From an uncultured Acidobacteriota bacterium (GTDB taxonomy: Bacteria > Actinomycetota > Acidimicrobiia > Spongiisociales > ZC4RG35), in NCBI GenBank assembly GCA_963822895.1, contig CAWGJI010000019.1, positions 307,456-371,455 of the forward strand: DNA of 64,000 bases. The letters are read 5' to 3'. The translations under genes and the position numbers were made by a program. Under the pieces are notes generated by a model. That model ran no database searches. It was not told the DNA's origin and was given only the letters and a program-made list of their open reading frames with translations. This document shows, one piece after another, positions 18,562 through 27,091 of this stretch; within the stretch, counting starts at the first letter, position 1; each line of letters opens with the position of its first letter.

Positions 18562-19916
18562 CCAGACGGCTCGGCGTTGCGACCGCACTTGCGGTCCTCC
18601 TCCTGGCCCTATTCCCAACAACGGCGCTGGCACACGGCATCGGCGGCCGTCTCGACCTGCCTGTTCCGCTCTCCTACTTCCTGATCGCCGCCGGCCTCGT
18701 TCTGGTAGTCAGCTTCGTAGCTCTTGCGGTGATGTGGCCGGCGCCACGACTTCAGGACGGCCCGCGCCGGCGAGTCATCGCCGGCCGGGTGTGGGGAGTC
18801 TGGGTGTTGTCTTTCCTCGGTCTCATCGGGCTCCTGCTGGTAATCGGCCAGCTCTTTCCCCCACTATTGGGCCTCGAGCGCGACTCTTCTCGTCCCACCA
18901 TCGCCCCTGTCCTCGTTTGGGTCGACTTCTGGCTTGTGATCCCCTTCGTGGGCGCCTTGGTCGGCAACTGGTACCGGCACATCAATCCATGGAGGACGAT
19001 CGCCCGAGGGTTGCGCCTCGGGAGATCGGAGCGGATGTGGCTCTTCGACCGCGTCGGCCTGTGGCCGGCAGCCATCCTGTTCGTCGCCTTTGCCTGGATG
19101 GAGCTGATCAGTGGCAGCTCCGGCTCGCCCGTTGCCCTGGGAGTTGCCGCCCTGGCCTACACCATGGCCCTGACTGGCTATGTGGGCTACGCCGGAGTCG
19201 AGACGGGATTGGGCACGGCCGATCTCTTCACTCCATACAACCGGATGATCTCCTCTATATCGCCTTTGGGCCGGGGCCCAGGTGGAGAGTTGGTGTGGCG
19301 GGGCTGGCTGCGTGCCCTACCGGCGCTACCCGAATGGAGGGGCTTTCCTGTTTTCGTGGTCGCAGCGATCGGCACCGTCACCTACGACGGCGCTTCCAAC
19401 ACCCAGCTCGTCAAGGACGTCGCAGGGAGCATGACCGAATCGAAGTGGGGAAAGACCATCCTTCTCGTCGGTTTCATCGCGCTCATCGGGCTCGCCTACT
19501 GGCTGGCCTCTGCGTCGGCGGCGCGACTGGTGGGAGGCAGCTGGGATGCGGGAAGAGTCGCCTCCCGTTTCGCCCACAGCCTGGTGCCCATCGCACTTGC
19601 CTATGCACTGGCCCATTACCTGACCCTCGTGCTGTTCGAGGGTCAGCAGCTAATCGCGGCGATCTCGGACCCGTTTGGCCTCGGCTGGGACCTATTCGGG
19701 ACTGCCGGATGGAAGGTCAACTTCTTCATCGCCACCCCCGAGCCGGTCTGGTATGCACAGTTGGCGATCATCGTCGTCGGTCACCTGATGGGGGTGGTCC
19801 TCGCACACGATCGGGCATTGGCGGACTTTGGGCGGGAGGCCGTCCGGTCCCAATACGCCATGCTTCTGCTTATGGTCTCGTTGACGATTCTCGGTCTATC
19901 TGTGCTGGCGGCGTGA
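18558..19916 (+). CDS. Polytopic membrane protein of unknown function
   Basis: Signal-like N-terminus ...LFPTTALAHGIGG followed by many hydrophobic segments. Overlaps the upstream gene by 4 nt. Confidence 0.8.
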   Translation: MTRRLGVATALAVLLLALFPTTALAHGIGGRLDLPVPLSYFLIAAGLVLVVSFVALAVMWPAPRLQDGPRRRVIAGRVWGVWVLSFLGLIGLLLVIGQLFPPLLGLERDSSRPTIAPVLVWVDFWLVIPFVGALVGNWYRHINPWRTIARGLRLGRSERMWLFDRVGLWPAAILFVAFAWMELISGSSGSPVALGVAALAYTMALTGYVGYAGVETGLGTADLFTPYNRMISSISPLGRGPGGELVWRGWLRALPALPEWRGFPVFVVAAIGTVTYDGASNTQLVKDVAGSMTESKWGKTILLVGFIALIGLAYWLASASAARLVGGSWDAGRVASRFAHSLVPIALAYALAHYLTLVLFEGQQLIAAISDPFGLGWDLFGTAGWKVNFFIATPEPVWYAQLAIIVVGHLMGVVLAHDRALADFGREAVRSQYAMLLLMVSLTILGLSVLAA

Positions 19917-20101
19917 TGGTGATATTGGCGCATTACTGGGGGATCGACGAGGTTGGGGTCTTCCTCGTCCCGGCCCTGGCTGCGATCATGGCTCTCCGCT
20001 GGGCCGAGCGGAAGGCGAGAAGGGCAGCAGAGAGCGACGAGTCCGAGAAGACGGGCCCCGGAGCTGCCCCGGCGAAGAAAGGCGATGAGGATGACGAGTG
20101 A
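19916..20101 (+). CDS. Small single-pass membrane protein with an acidic/basic tail
   Basis: MVILAHYWGIDEVGVFLVPALAAIMALRWAERKARR... The start forms a TGATG junction with the upstream stop. It lies in the same frame as the long spurious ORF 18734-20101. Confidence 0.5.
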   Translation: MVILAHYWGIDEVGVFLVPALAAIMALRWAERKARRAAESDESEKTGPGAAPAKKGDEDDE

Positions 20102-21011
20102 GGGTCAGGAGGCGATGGTGCCGATAGTGGCATCTGTCGAGACGGCCACCCGATCCCGCTCGAGGCTTGCCGCCTATGTGGCCTTGACCAAGCCGCGCAT
20201 CATCGAGCTCCTCTTGATCACGACCGTCCCGTCGATGGTCCTCGCCGCCGGGCAATGGCCAGGCCTCGAGCTCGTGGTGGCGACACTCATAGGCGGCAGT
20301 CTCTCTGCGGGGGGTGCCAACGCCCTGAACAACTACATCGACAGGGACATCGACGAGGTGATGAGACGCACCAGGGGTCGGCCCCTGGCACGGCACGAGG
20401 TGGCACCGCGTAACGCCCTGATCTTTGGCATCGCACTGGGAGTCGCCGGATTCGTCTGGCTGGCGATCACCACCAATCTCCTCGCGGCCTCGTTGTCCAC
20501 CGCTGCCCTCCTCTTCTATGTCTTCGTCTACACGCTGGCGCTGAAGCGCACCACCGTCCAGAACATCGTGATCGGTGGAGCAGCGGGGGCAGCGCCGGTC
20601 CTGGTCGGATGGGCTGCCGTGACGGGTGGCATCGGACTGCCGGCCTGGATCCTCTTTCTCGTGGTCTTCTATTGGACACCGCCTCATTTCTGGGCGCTGG
20701 CCATCCGCTACAAGGACGACTACGGCCGCGCCGAGGTCCCCATGCTGCCCGTTGTCGCCGGTATCGAGGCCACCACACGGCGGATGCTGCTGTACACAGG
20801 GCTGATGGTGTCGGTGAGCATTCTCCTGGTGCCTGTGGCCGGGATGCGCTGGGTCTATCTCCTCGGGTCCATCGGTCTTGGCGCCTGGTTCCTCTGGGAC
20901 ACCTGGCGGGTCTATCTCCGACCCGCCGAGGCCATGCGCCTATTCACCACCTCCACGGTCTATTTGGCTGCGCTCTTTGCGGCTGTGATGCTCGACGTGA
21001 TGATTCGATGA
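20091..21011 (+). CDS. ctaB: Protoheme IX farnesyltransferase (heme O synthase)
   Basis: UbiA-family motifs LTKPRIIELLL, NNYIDRDID and YTLALKR are present. The start is uncertain (20085, 20091 or 20115). Confidence 0.9.
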   Translation: MTSEGQEAMVPIVASVETATRSRSRLAAYVALTKPRIIELLLITTVPSMVLAAGQWPGLELVVATLIGGSLSAGGANALNNYIDRDIDEVMRRTRGRPLARHEVAPRNALIFGIALGVAGFVWLAITTNLLAASLSTAALLFYVFVYTLALKRTTVQNIVIGGAAGAAPVLVGWAAVTGGIGLPAWILFLVVFYWTPPHFWALAIRYKDDYGRAEVPMLPVVAGIEATTRRMLLYTGLMVSVSILLVPVAGMRWVYLLGSIGLGAWFLWDTWRVYLRPAEAMRLFTTSTVYLAALFAAVMLDVMIR

Positions 21012-21838
21012 GACGACTGGCACTTCTGCTTGTGGTGATCGCCGTGCTGGCCGGATGCTCGGGAGGGATCACGCCATTCGCGGTGGTCGCCTCGGCCAAC
21101 GGTGGTATCGGCGTGGGAGAGCAGCGGGTGATGTTCGCCCTCGTAAACGGTGAGACGAACGAATTCCTCGCGTCTCCGGATCGCGAGGCAACGGTCACGC
21201 TTCGAGACGAGAACGGGGCGCCACTGGGGACGTACCCAACCGAGTTCGTCTGGACCGTCGAGGACGTTCGCGGGGTCTACGTTTCCCATCTCGAAATCCC
21301 CGAGGCGGGTACCTATCAGGTCACCATCGACACCGACGGGTACGAGACGGCCGGCCCGGTGGGATTCATCGCCTCGGACAACCCGCCACTCGTCCAGCGC
21401 GGAGAGGAAGCTCCGCCGTCGGTCACCAAGGTCGCTGCCGATTACCCCGACTTGTCCGTGATGACCTCCGATCCCGATCCGGACCCCGGGATGTATCAAA
21501 TGACTGTGAAGGAAGCGGTGACAGACGGGACACCGGCTGTCGTCGTCTTCGCCACGCCGGCGTTTTGCGTCTCTCAGACCTGCGGGCCCCTGCTCGACCA
21601 GGTCAAGTCCTATCGGAGCGACTATCCGGGCGTGGACTTCGTGCACGTCGAGATCTACGACGACCTCCAGGTCCAGTCCTTCGATGAGCTGACCGCCGTC
21701 CCCGCCACCGACGAGTGGGGCCTTCCATCCGAGCCATGGGTCTTCGTCGTCGGGGCCGATGGGCGGGTCACGGCATCATTCGAAGGAGCGGCGTCGGACG
21801 AGGAGATGCGGACAGCCATCGACGCAGTCGCCTCGTAG
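21008..21838 (+). CDS. Lipoprotein with an N-terminal Ig-like region and a C-terminal thioredoxin-fold domain
   Basis: Lipobox VLAGC. The thioredoxin-like region reads VVVFATPAFCVSQTCGP. ATGA overlap with the ctaB stop. Confidence 0.75.
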   Translation: MRRLALLLVVIAVLAGCSGGITPFAVVASANGGIGVGEQRVMFALVNGETNEFLASPDREATVTLRDENGAPLGTYPTEFVWTVEDVRGVYVSHLEIPEAGTYQVTIDTDGYETAGPVGFIASDNPPLVQRGEEAPPSVTKVAADYPDLSVMTSDPDPDPGMYQMTVKEAVTDGTPAVVVFATPAFCVSQTCGPLLDQVKSYRSDYPGVDFVHVEIYDDLQVQSFDELTAVPATDEWGLPSEPWVFVVGADGRVTASFEGAASDEEMRTAIDAVAS

Positions 21839-21894
21839 CGACAAGGCAGAGAAAGTTGCCCGGCGTTTGGCGAAAATCGTATAGTGCGAAATTC

Positions 21895-22959
21895 ATGCGC
21901 TCCGTTCGCCAACGTGTCGTCAGGATCACAGGGATTGCTGGCGTCGTACTGCTGTTCACCGCTTGCGCGGGGGCCGACAAAGAACCCCTGACCATATTTG
22001 ATCCCAAAGGCCCCTTCTCGGAGAAGATCAACAACTTGTTCTGGCCGGTCTTCTGGATCGCGGTGGGTGTCTTCGTCCTGGTGGAGGTGGCGATCCTGGT
22101 CACAGTCTTCTTGTATCGGGACCGGAAGGGCTCTCGTGAGGCCAAGCAGATACATGGCAGCCCGAAGCTCGAGGTCATCTGGACGGTCATCCCCGCTCTG
22201 ATCCTGGCAGGGATCGCCGTGCCGACCACGGCCGCCGTCTTCGATCTCACCACATGTGGAGCCGATGCCATGGAGATCGACGTGCTGGGCCATCAATGGT
22301 GGTTCGAATTCCAATATCCCGAAGAGGGGATCGACACGGCCAATGTGATGGTGATCCCCGCCGGGAAGGAGGTGTGTGCCCAGATGACGTCGGCTGACGT
22401 GATCCACAACTTCTGGGTCCCGGCTTTGAACGGCAAGCGCTACCTGATCCCGGGGCAGACCACCGAGTTGCGTATCGAGGCTGACGCACCTGGGGAGTTC
22501 TGGGGCCACTGCGCCGAGTTCTGCGGTCTCTCCCACTCATTGATGAGGGTGCGCGTCCAGGCGCTTTCCCAGTCTGATTACGACGCGTGGGTAGCCAACC
22601 AGCAGCAGGAGGCGGCGGTTCCCGCCGAGGGCACACCCGAGTGGGATGGGCTTCAGGTGTATCTGACCAAGGGCTGCACCCAGTGTCACATGATGGATTT
22701 CGCCGACGGGAACGCGGCAGGTATCGCGGACAACGTGGTCCAGGCCCCAGCTTTCCATGGGCCTCCTCTGACCCACTTCGCCTCCCGCAACGTATTCGCT
22801 GGAGCCACCCTTCCCGGGGAGGGTCAGACCAGGGAGGACGCCCTGCGACAATGGCTCTCGGACCCACCTAATACCAAGCCGGGTAGCTTTATGCCCAACC
22901 TGGCGTTGACCGAGCAGGAGATCGACGTGTTGACTGCATGGCTGGACAGCAACAAATGA
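21895..22959 (+). CDS. ctaC: Cytochrome c oxidase subunit II with a fused C-terminal cytochrome c domain (caa3 type)
   Basis: CuA motif GHCAEFCGLSHSLM and the C-terminal heme-c site GCTQCH. Lipobox-like N-terminus LLFTAC. Confidence 0.92.
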   Translation: MRSVRQRVVRITGIAGVVLLFTACAGADKEPLTIFDPKGPFSEKINNLFWPVFWIAVGVFVLVEVAILVTVFLYRDRKGSREAKQIHGSPKLEVIWTVIPALILAGIAVPTTAAVFDLTTCGADAMEIDVLGHQWWFEFQYPEEGIDTANVMVIPAGKEVCAQMTSADVIHNFWVPALNGKRYLIPGQTTELRIEADAPGEFWGHCAEFCGLSHSLMRVRVQALSQSDYDAWVANQQQEAAVPAEGTPEWDGLQVYLTKGCTQCHMMDFADGNAAGIADNVVQAPAFHGPPLTHFASRNVFAGATLPGEGQTREDALRQWLSDPPNTKPGSFMPNLALTEQEIDVLTAWLDSNK

Positions 22960-25004
22960 CCGCCACCGCCGAGCGACCGACCACGATCTTCCGGCGCCCG
23001 TCGGCCACGACCGGCATCTGGTCCTGGATCACGACCGTCGATCACAAGCGGATCGGGATCATGTACGGCTACGCCGCCTTCGCCTTCTTCATCATCGGTG
23101 GTGTCGAAGCCCTGCTGCTGCGGATTCAGCTTGCCACGGCCAACTCCGAGTTCCTCACCGCCGGCGCTTACAACGCGTTATTCACCATGCACGGCACGAC
23201 CATGATCTTCCTGTTCGTGATGCCGGCCTCGGCCGCCTTCATGAACTATCTGCTGCCGCTGATGATCGGTGCCCGCGACGTCGCCTTCCCCCGTCTCAAT
23301 GCTCTGTCCTGGTGGATCTTCTTCTTCGGGGGCATCTTCCTCTACTCGACGTTCATCTTCGGAACTGCCCTGGCACCGATGGGGGCGGATGGAATCGGCG
23401 GCAACCTGGCGGCGGGTGGTGGCCCGGGGGCGCTCAACTTCCTGGCAGATGCGCCAAACGGGGGCTGGTTCGGGTATCAGCCCAACGCCGGGCCGCTCTA
23501 TTCGATGGGCACCGCGCTGGACTATTGGGCCCTGGGGCTCCAGATCCTCGGTCTCGCCTCGCTGGTGTCGTCGGTCAACTTCCTCGTGACCGTGTTCAAC
23601 ATGAGGGCCAAGGGCTTGCGTCTCCTTCGGATGCCGGTGTTCGCCTGGATGTCGACCGTGGTCGCCTTCCTCCTCCTCTTCTCGCTCCCGATCATCGCCG
23701 TGGCACTCTTCATGGTCACTTTCGACCGGCAGTTCGGATCGTTGTTCTTCGCCCCGGTAGGGGGCGGCGACCCCATCCTCTGGCAACATCTCTTCTGGCT
23801 GTTCGGACATCCCGAGGTGTACATATTGGTATTGCCCGCCATGGGCATGGTCTCGGAGATCCTGCCCACCTTCTCCCGAAAGCCGCTGTTCGGGTATTCG
23901 GCGGTGGTCTTCGCCGGTGCCGCCATCGCGTTTCTGGGTTTCGGCGTGTGGGCCCACCACATGTTCGCCTCCGGCATCACACCGGTGGCGCAGGCAGCCT
24001 TCGGCCTCTCCACCATGACGATCGCGATCCCGACCGGTATCAAGATCTTCAACTGGATCGGGACCATGTGGCAGGGTCGAATACGTTTGACGACCCCAAT
24101 GTTGTTCGCCATCGGGTTCGTCGCCATGTTCACCATCGGTGGCCTCTCCGGTGTCACCCACTCGATCGTCCCCTCGGACTGGCAACAGACCGACACGTAC
24201 TACATCGTGGCCCACTTCCATTACGTGCTCTTCGGCGGCGCCATATTCGGCCTGTTCGGGGGTCTCTACTACTGGTTCCCCAAGCTGACCGGTCGAGTGA
24301 TGAGCGACAGGCTGGGCAAGGTCCATTTCTGGTTGATGTTCATCGGGTTCAACCTCACCTTCGGCCCGATGCATTGGCTTGGCCTCCAGGGGATGGTGCG
24401 ACGCACTTGGAAGTACGCACCGGAGACGGGGCTGCAGCCTTGGAACACGGCGGTGACCGTTGGCGCCTTCATAATCGCCACCTCCATCGCAGTGTTCATG
24501 TACAACTGGTGGAGCAGCAAGCGTCATGGCGAGGCGTCCGGCCTGGATCCCTGGGACGCTCGCACCATCGAGTGGATGTCACCCAACCCCACCCCCGAGT
24601 ACAACTTCGCGGTGCCGCCGGTGGTCACCAGCCTCGATCACTTCTGGCATCTCAAATATGACCAGGACGACGAGGGCCGCGCCGTTCGCAAGCCTGACGG
24701 GGACGAGATCGTGGCGGCCATAGAGCACGAGCAGCTCAACCCGAAGAGCCCGATACACCTACCCAACCCCTCGTATTTCCCGGTGTTGTTCGCCCTCGGG
24801 ATCCCGATCATGTTCTACGGGATCATCTATCACCAGAACCTATGGGCCAAGGCGATGATCCTGGTCGGCGCCGTCATCGCGCTGGTCGCCGTCATCGGAT
24901 GGGCCATGGAGCCGCTCGAGGAGCCACATGGCCATGGGCATGCCGGTGACGACGCGGGGTCGCCTGGGTCGCCGGCGGCAGCGGAGGGCATGTCGGATGG
25001 CTGA
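22956..25004 (+). CDS. ctaD: Cytochrome c oxidase subunit I with a C-terminal two-helix extension
   Basis: Heme-copper oxidase motifs WFFGHPEVYIL and HHMF..G are present. ATGA overlap with ctaC (alternative start 22938). It is about 100 or more residues longer than typical subunit I. Confidence 0.93.
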   Translation: MTATAERPTTIFRRPSATTGIWSWITTVDHKRIGIMYGYAAFAFFIIGGVEALLLRIQLATANSEFLTAGAYNALFTMHGTTMIFLFVMPASAAFMNYLLPLMIGARDVAFPRLNALSWWIFFFGGIFLYSTFIFGTALAPMGADGIGGNLAAGGGPGALNFLADAPNGGWFGYQPNAGPLYSMGTALDYWALGLQILGLASLVSSVNFLVTVFNMRAKGLRLLRMPVFAWMSTVVAFLLLFSLPIIAVALFMVTFDRQFGSLFFAPVGGGDPILWQHLFWLFGHPEVYILVLPAMGMVSEILPTFSRKPLFGYSAVVFAGAAIAFLGFGVWAHHMFASGITPVAQAAFGLSTMTIAIPTGIKIFNWIGTMWQGRIRLTTPMLFAIGFVAMFTIGGLSGVTHSIVPSDWQQTDTYYIVAHFHYVLFGGAIFGLFGGLYYWFPKLTGRVMSDRLGKVHFWLMFIGFNLTFGPMHWLGLQGMVRRTWKYAPETGLQPWNTAVTVGAFIIATSIAVFMYNWWSSKRHGEASGLDPWDARTIEWMSPNPTPEYNFAVPPVVTSLDHFWHLKYDQDDEGRAVRKPDGDEIVAAIEHEQLNPKSPIHLPNPSYFPVLFALGIPIMFYGIIYHQNLWAKAMILVGAVIALVAVIGWAMEPLEEPHGHGHAGDDAGSPGSPAAAEGMSDG

Positions 25005-25626
25005 CATCACCCACGAAGCCCTGATCGAGCCGGATCATCCGGAGCACGAGTCGACCGGCATCGACAATCGAAAGCTGGGGATGTGGCTGTTCCTCAGCTC
25101 CGAGTTCCTCTTCTTCGGGGCGCTCATCTCCAACTACCTCCTCTACTCGCACCGGGGTGGGTTCGAGGGCGTCTACCCGGCTGAGATCTACGACATCCCA
25201 TTCACCTCGGTCAGCTCATTCGTGCTGCTGATGAGCTCTCTGACCATGGTGCTGGCCCACAATGCCTTGAGCCGGAACGACCAGGACGGAACCCGCACCT
25301 GGCTCTTCGCCACGGCAGGTTTGGGTGCCGTGTTCCTCGGTGGCCAGGTCTTCGAATTCACCGAGTTCATCACACAGGAGGGGATGAAGCTCAGCACCAA
25401 CCCGGCGGCATCGTCCTTCTATCTCCTCACCGGGTTTCACGGGACCCACGTCGCCATCGGCGTGATCATGCTGTTGTCACTTTGGGGGATCTCCCGCCAA
25501 CAGGGCGGGCTCAGTGAGAAGCACGGGCTGAACCTGGAGCTGGTCGGCCTGTACTGGCACTTCGTCGACATCATCTGGATCGTGATCTTCACCGTCGTCT
25601 ACCTACTCTCGGTTCCCCCGGCATGA
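24997..25626 (+). CDS. ctaE: Cytochrome c oxidase subunit III
   Basis: Contains LGMWLFLSSEFLFFGALI, FHGTHV and YWHFVD. I chose the ATG at 24997 inside ORF 24928-25626. Confidence 0.92.
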   Translation: MADITHEALIEPDHPEHESTGIDNRKLGMWLFLSSEFLFFGALISNYLLYSHRGGFEGVYPAEIYDIPFTSVSSFVLLMSSLTMVLAHNALSRNDQDGTRTWLFATAGLGAVFLGGQVFEFTEFITQEGMKLSTNPAASSFYLLTGFHGTHVAIGVIMLLSLWGISRQQGGLSEKHGLNLELVGLYWHFVDIIWIVIFTVVYLLSVPPA

Positions 25627-25934
25627 GCAGCCCAGAGCACACCGAGCCCACCCCGGCGCAATATTGGAAGATCGCCGTCGCATTGGCGGTGCTGACGGCC
25701 ATCGAGGTCAGTCTCTATTACCTCAACAGCTCCCTGGACCTCGGGGCGATCAATGCAGCTCTGCTGATAGTCCTGGCTGCTCTCAAATTCGTGATCGTGG
25801 TCGGCTGGTACATGCATCTGCGGTTCGAGAACTCGACCCTCACCCGGTTCTTCACGGGTGGATTCATCCTCGCCGTCTCGCTCTACACGGTGGTGTTGAC
25901 CGCCATGGGGATCATCGCCTTCAGGGGAGGCTGA
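25623..25934 (+). CDS. ctaF: Cytochrome c oxidase subunit IV (prokaryotic COX4/CyoD-like type)
   Basis: 103 aa with three hydrophobic helices and KFVIVVGWYMHLRFE. ATGA overlap with ctaE. Confidence 0.85.
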   Translation: MSSPEHTEPTPAQYWKIAVALAVLTAIEVSLYYLNSSLDLGAINAALLIVLAALKFVIVVGWYMHLRFENSTLTRFFTGGFILAVSLYTVVLTAMGIIAFRGG

Positions 25935-25936
25935 CC

Positions 25937-26743
25937 TTGCTGCCTCCGTGGCACCCTCACTACGACGTCTATGCGCTCGTGTTCCTGCTCGTCTACGGCT
26001 ATTGGTATGCCGACCATCGTCTGAGACCCGTCATGGCCCCGGACGCACCACGAGCCACGAGGGGACAGAAGTGGGCCTGGTACCTCGGTGTCGCCTTCAT
26101 TTGGTTCGTGTCGGGTTGGCCGATCCACGACATCGGCGAGACCGCCCTGTTCTCCGTGCACATGGTCGAGCACATGGTGATCGGGCTCATCGTCCCGCCC
26201 CTTCTCCTGCTGGGGACGCCACGATGGCTGGCCGACCGGACGTTGGGCCATCCCCAGGTCGCCCGACTCTTGCGCCCGCTGGCGAGACCGGTCCCCGCCT
26301 TCGTCATCTTCAACACGACCTTCATCGTCATCCACTGGCCCGATCTCGTCGATTGGATGCTCACTGATCCCTGGGCCCATTTCGGCGTCCACACCTGGCT
26401 GTTCTTCGCGTCCATCCTGATGTGGCTGCCGGTGCTGTCGCCGACGCCGGCCATCCCCAGGTTGTCCCCGCCGGGCCAGATGCTCTACCTGTTCTTCCAG
26501 TCGCTGCTGCCCACGATCCCTGCGTCGTTCCTCACCTTCTCCTCGGCGCCGTTGTACTCGGTATACGGAGACGCTGCGGTCGCCTGGGGACTGACCGCGG
26601 TGAGCGACCAGACCATCGCGGGTGTCGTGATGAAGCTGGGCGGTGGGTTCCTGATCTGGGGGACCATCGCCGTGATATGGTTCAGATGGACCAAGCAGGA
26701 GCGGGAATGGGAGGAGCTCGAGGCTTCGCTTCGGGCCCCTTAG
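25937..26743 (+). CDS. ctaG: Cytochrome c oxidase assembly factor CtaG (Bacillus caa3_CtaG type membrane protein)
   Basis: Contains FSVHMVEHMVIG and a polytopic profile. The likely TTG start at 25937 is 3 nt after the ctaF stop. The track ORF 25664-26743 begins too early. Confidence 0.8.
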   Translation: MLPPWHPHYDVYALVFLLVYGYWYADHRLRPVMAPDAPRATRGQKWAWYLGVAFIWFVSGWPIHDIGETALFSVHMVEHMVIGLIVPPLLLLGTPRWLADRTLGHPQVARLLRPLARPVPAFVIFNTTFIVIHWPDLVDWMLTDPWAHFGVHTWLFFASILMWLPVLSPTPAIPRLSPPGQMLYLFFQSLLPTIPASFLTFSSAPLYSVYGDAAVAWGLTAVSDQTIAGVVMKLGGGFLIWGTIAVIWFRWTKQEREWEELEASLRAP

Positions 26744-26759
26744 TGCTGCGTCCCCTGTC

Positions 26760-27065
26760 GTGAGACGCTCTGTGGCTCTCTGTCTGCTCGTTCTCGTGCT
26801 CATGCCCGCGGCGTTGATCGCATGCGCTCAGACCTCGGGCACGGTGAAGGGCGTCGTCATCTCGGTCGACGGCACACTGGACGAGGTGGATTCGTTCACG
26901 CTCCTCGTCGAGGGCGATCAGCTCACCTTCGTCCCGGTTCCCGACGGCGACTACCAGTTCCCCCTTCCCCACCTCCGGGAGCACGAGCGGAGCGGGTCGC
27001 CGGTTCTTGTCGGATGGGAGTTGGTGGGTACGGTGCGGTACGCATTGACGCTCGCAGACGGGTGA
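26760..27065 (+). CDS. Small lipoprotein of unknown function
   Basis: GTG start and lipobox AALIAC. 101 aa. Confidence 0.6.
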   Translation: MRRSVALCLLVLVLMPAALIACAQTSGTVKGVVISVDGTLDEVDSFTLLVEGDQLTFVPVPDGDYQFPLPHLREHERSGSPVLVGWELVGTVRYALTLADG

Positions 27066-27091
27066 GCGTCCAGATCATTCCATCGAAACCA

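Noticed and set aside
19953-20090. The N-terminal 45-residue extension of ctaB in the track ORF (MGSSSSRPWLRS...)
   Set aside because: It is an Arg/Ser/Pro-rich stretch in an alternative frame of the better-supported small membrane ORF 19916-20101. UbiA-family similarity begins only after about 20110.
23178-24527. Long antisense or alternative-frame ORFs opposite or inside real genes (for example 23178-24527 and 23312-24661 in ctaD, 9533-10717 in mgtE, 12596-13732, 16276-17487, 56883-58127, 59825-60709, 60767-61540, 62027-62938, 52414-53376)
   Set aside because: These are typical shadow ORFs of GC-rich DNA. Each lies within a gene that has unmistakable family motifs. Their translations are Arg/Gly/Pro/His-rich with no recognisable domains.
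26822-27091. The N-terminal 90-residue extension of the class V aminotransferase ORF, and similar 5' extensions of ORFs 11176, 11994, 20609, 21715, 25664, 30122-31375, 30955-32235, 35905, 45487, 45981 and 48186
   Set aside because: The extensions overlap the preceding genes in other frames and are compositionally non-coding-like. Internal starts give N-termini that match the protein families and produce the ATGA/GTGA junctions typical of this genome.
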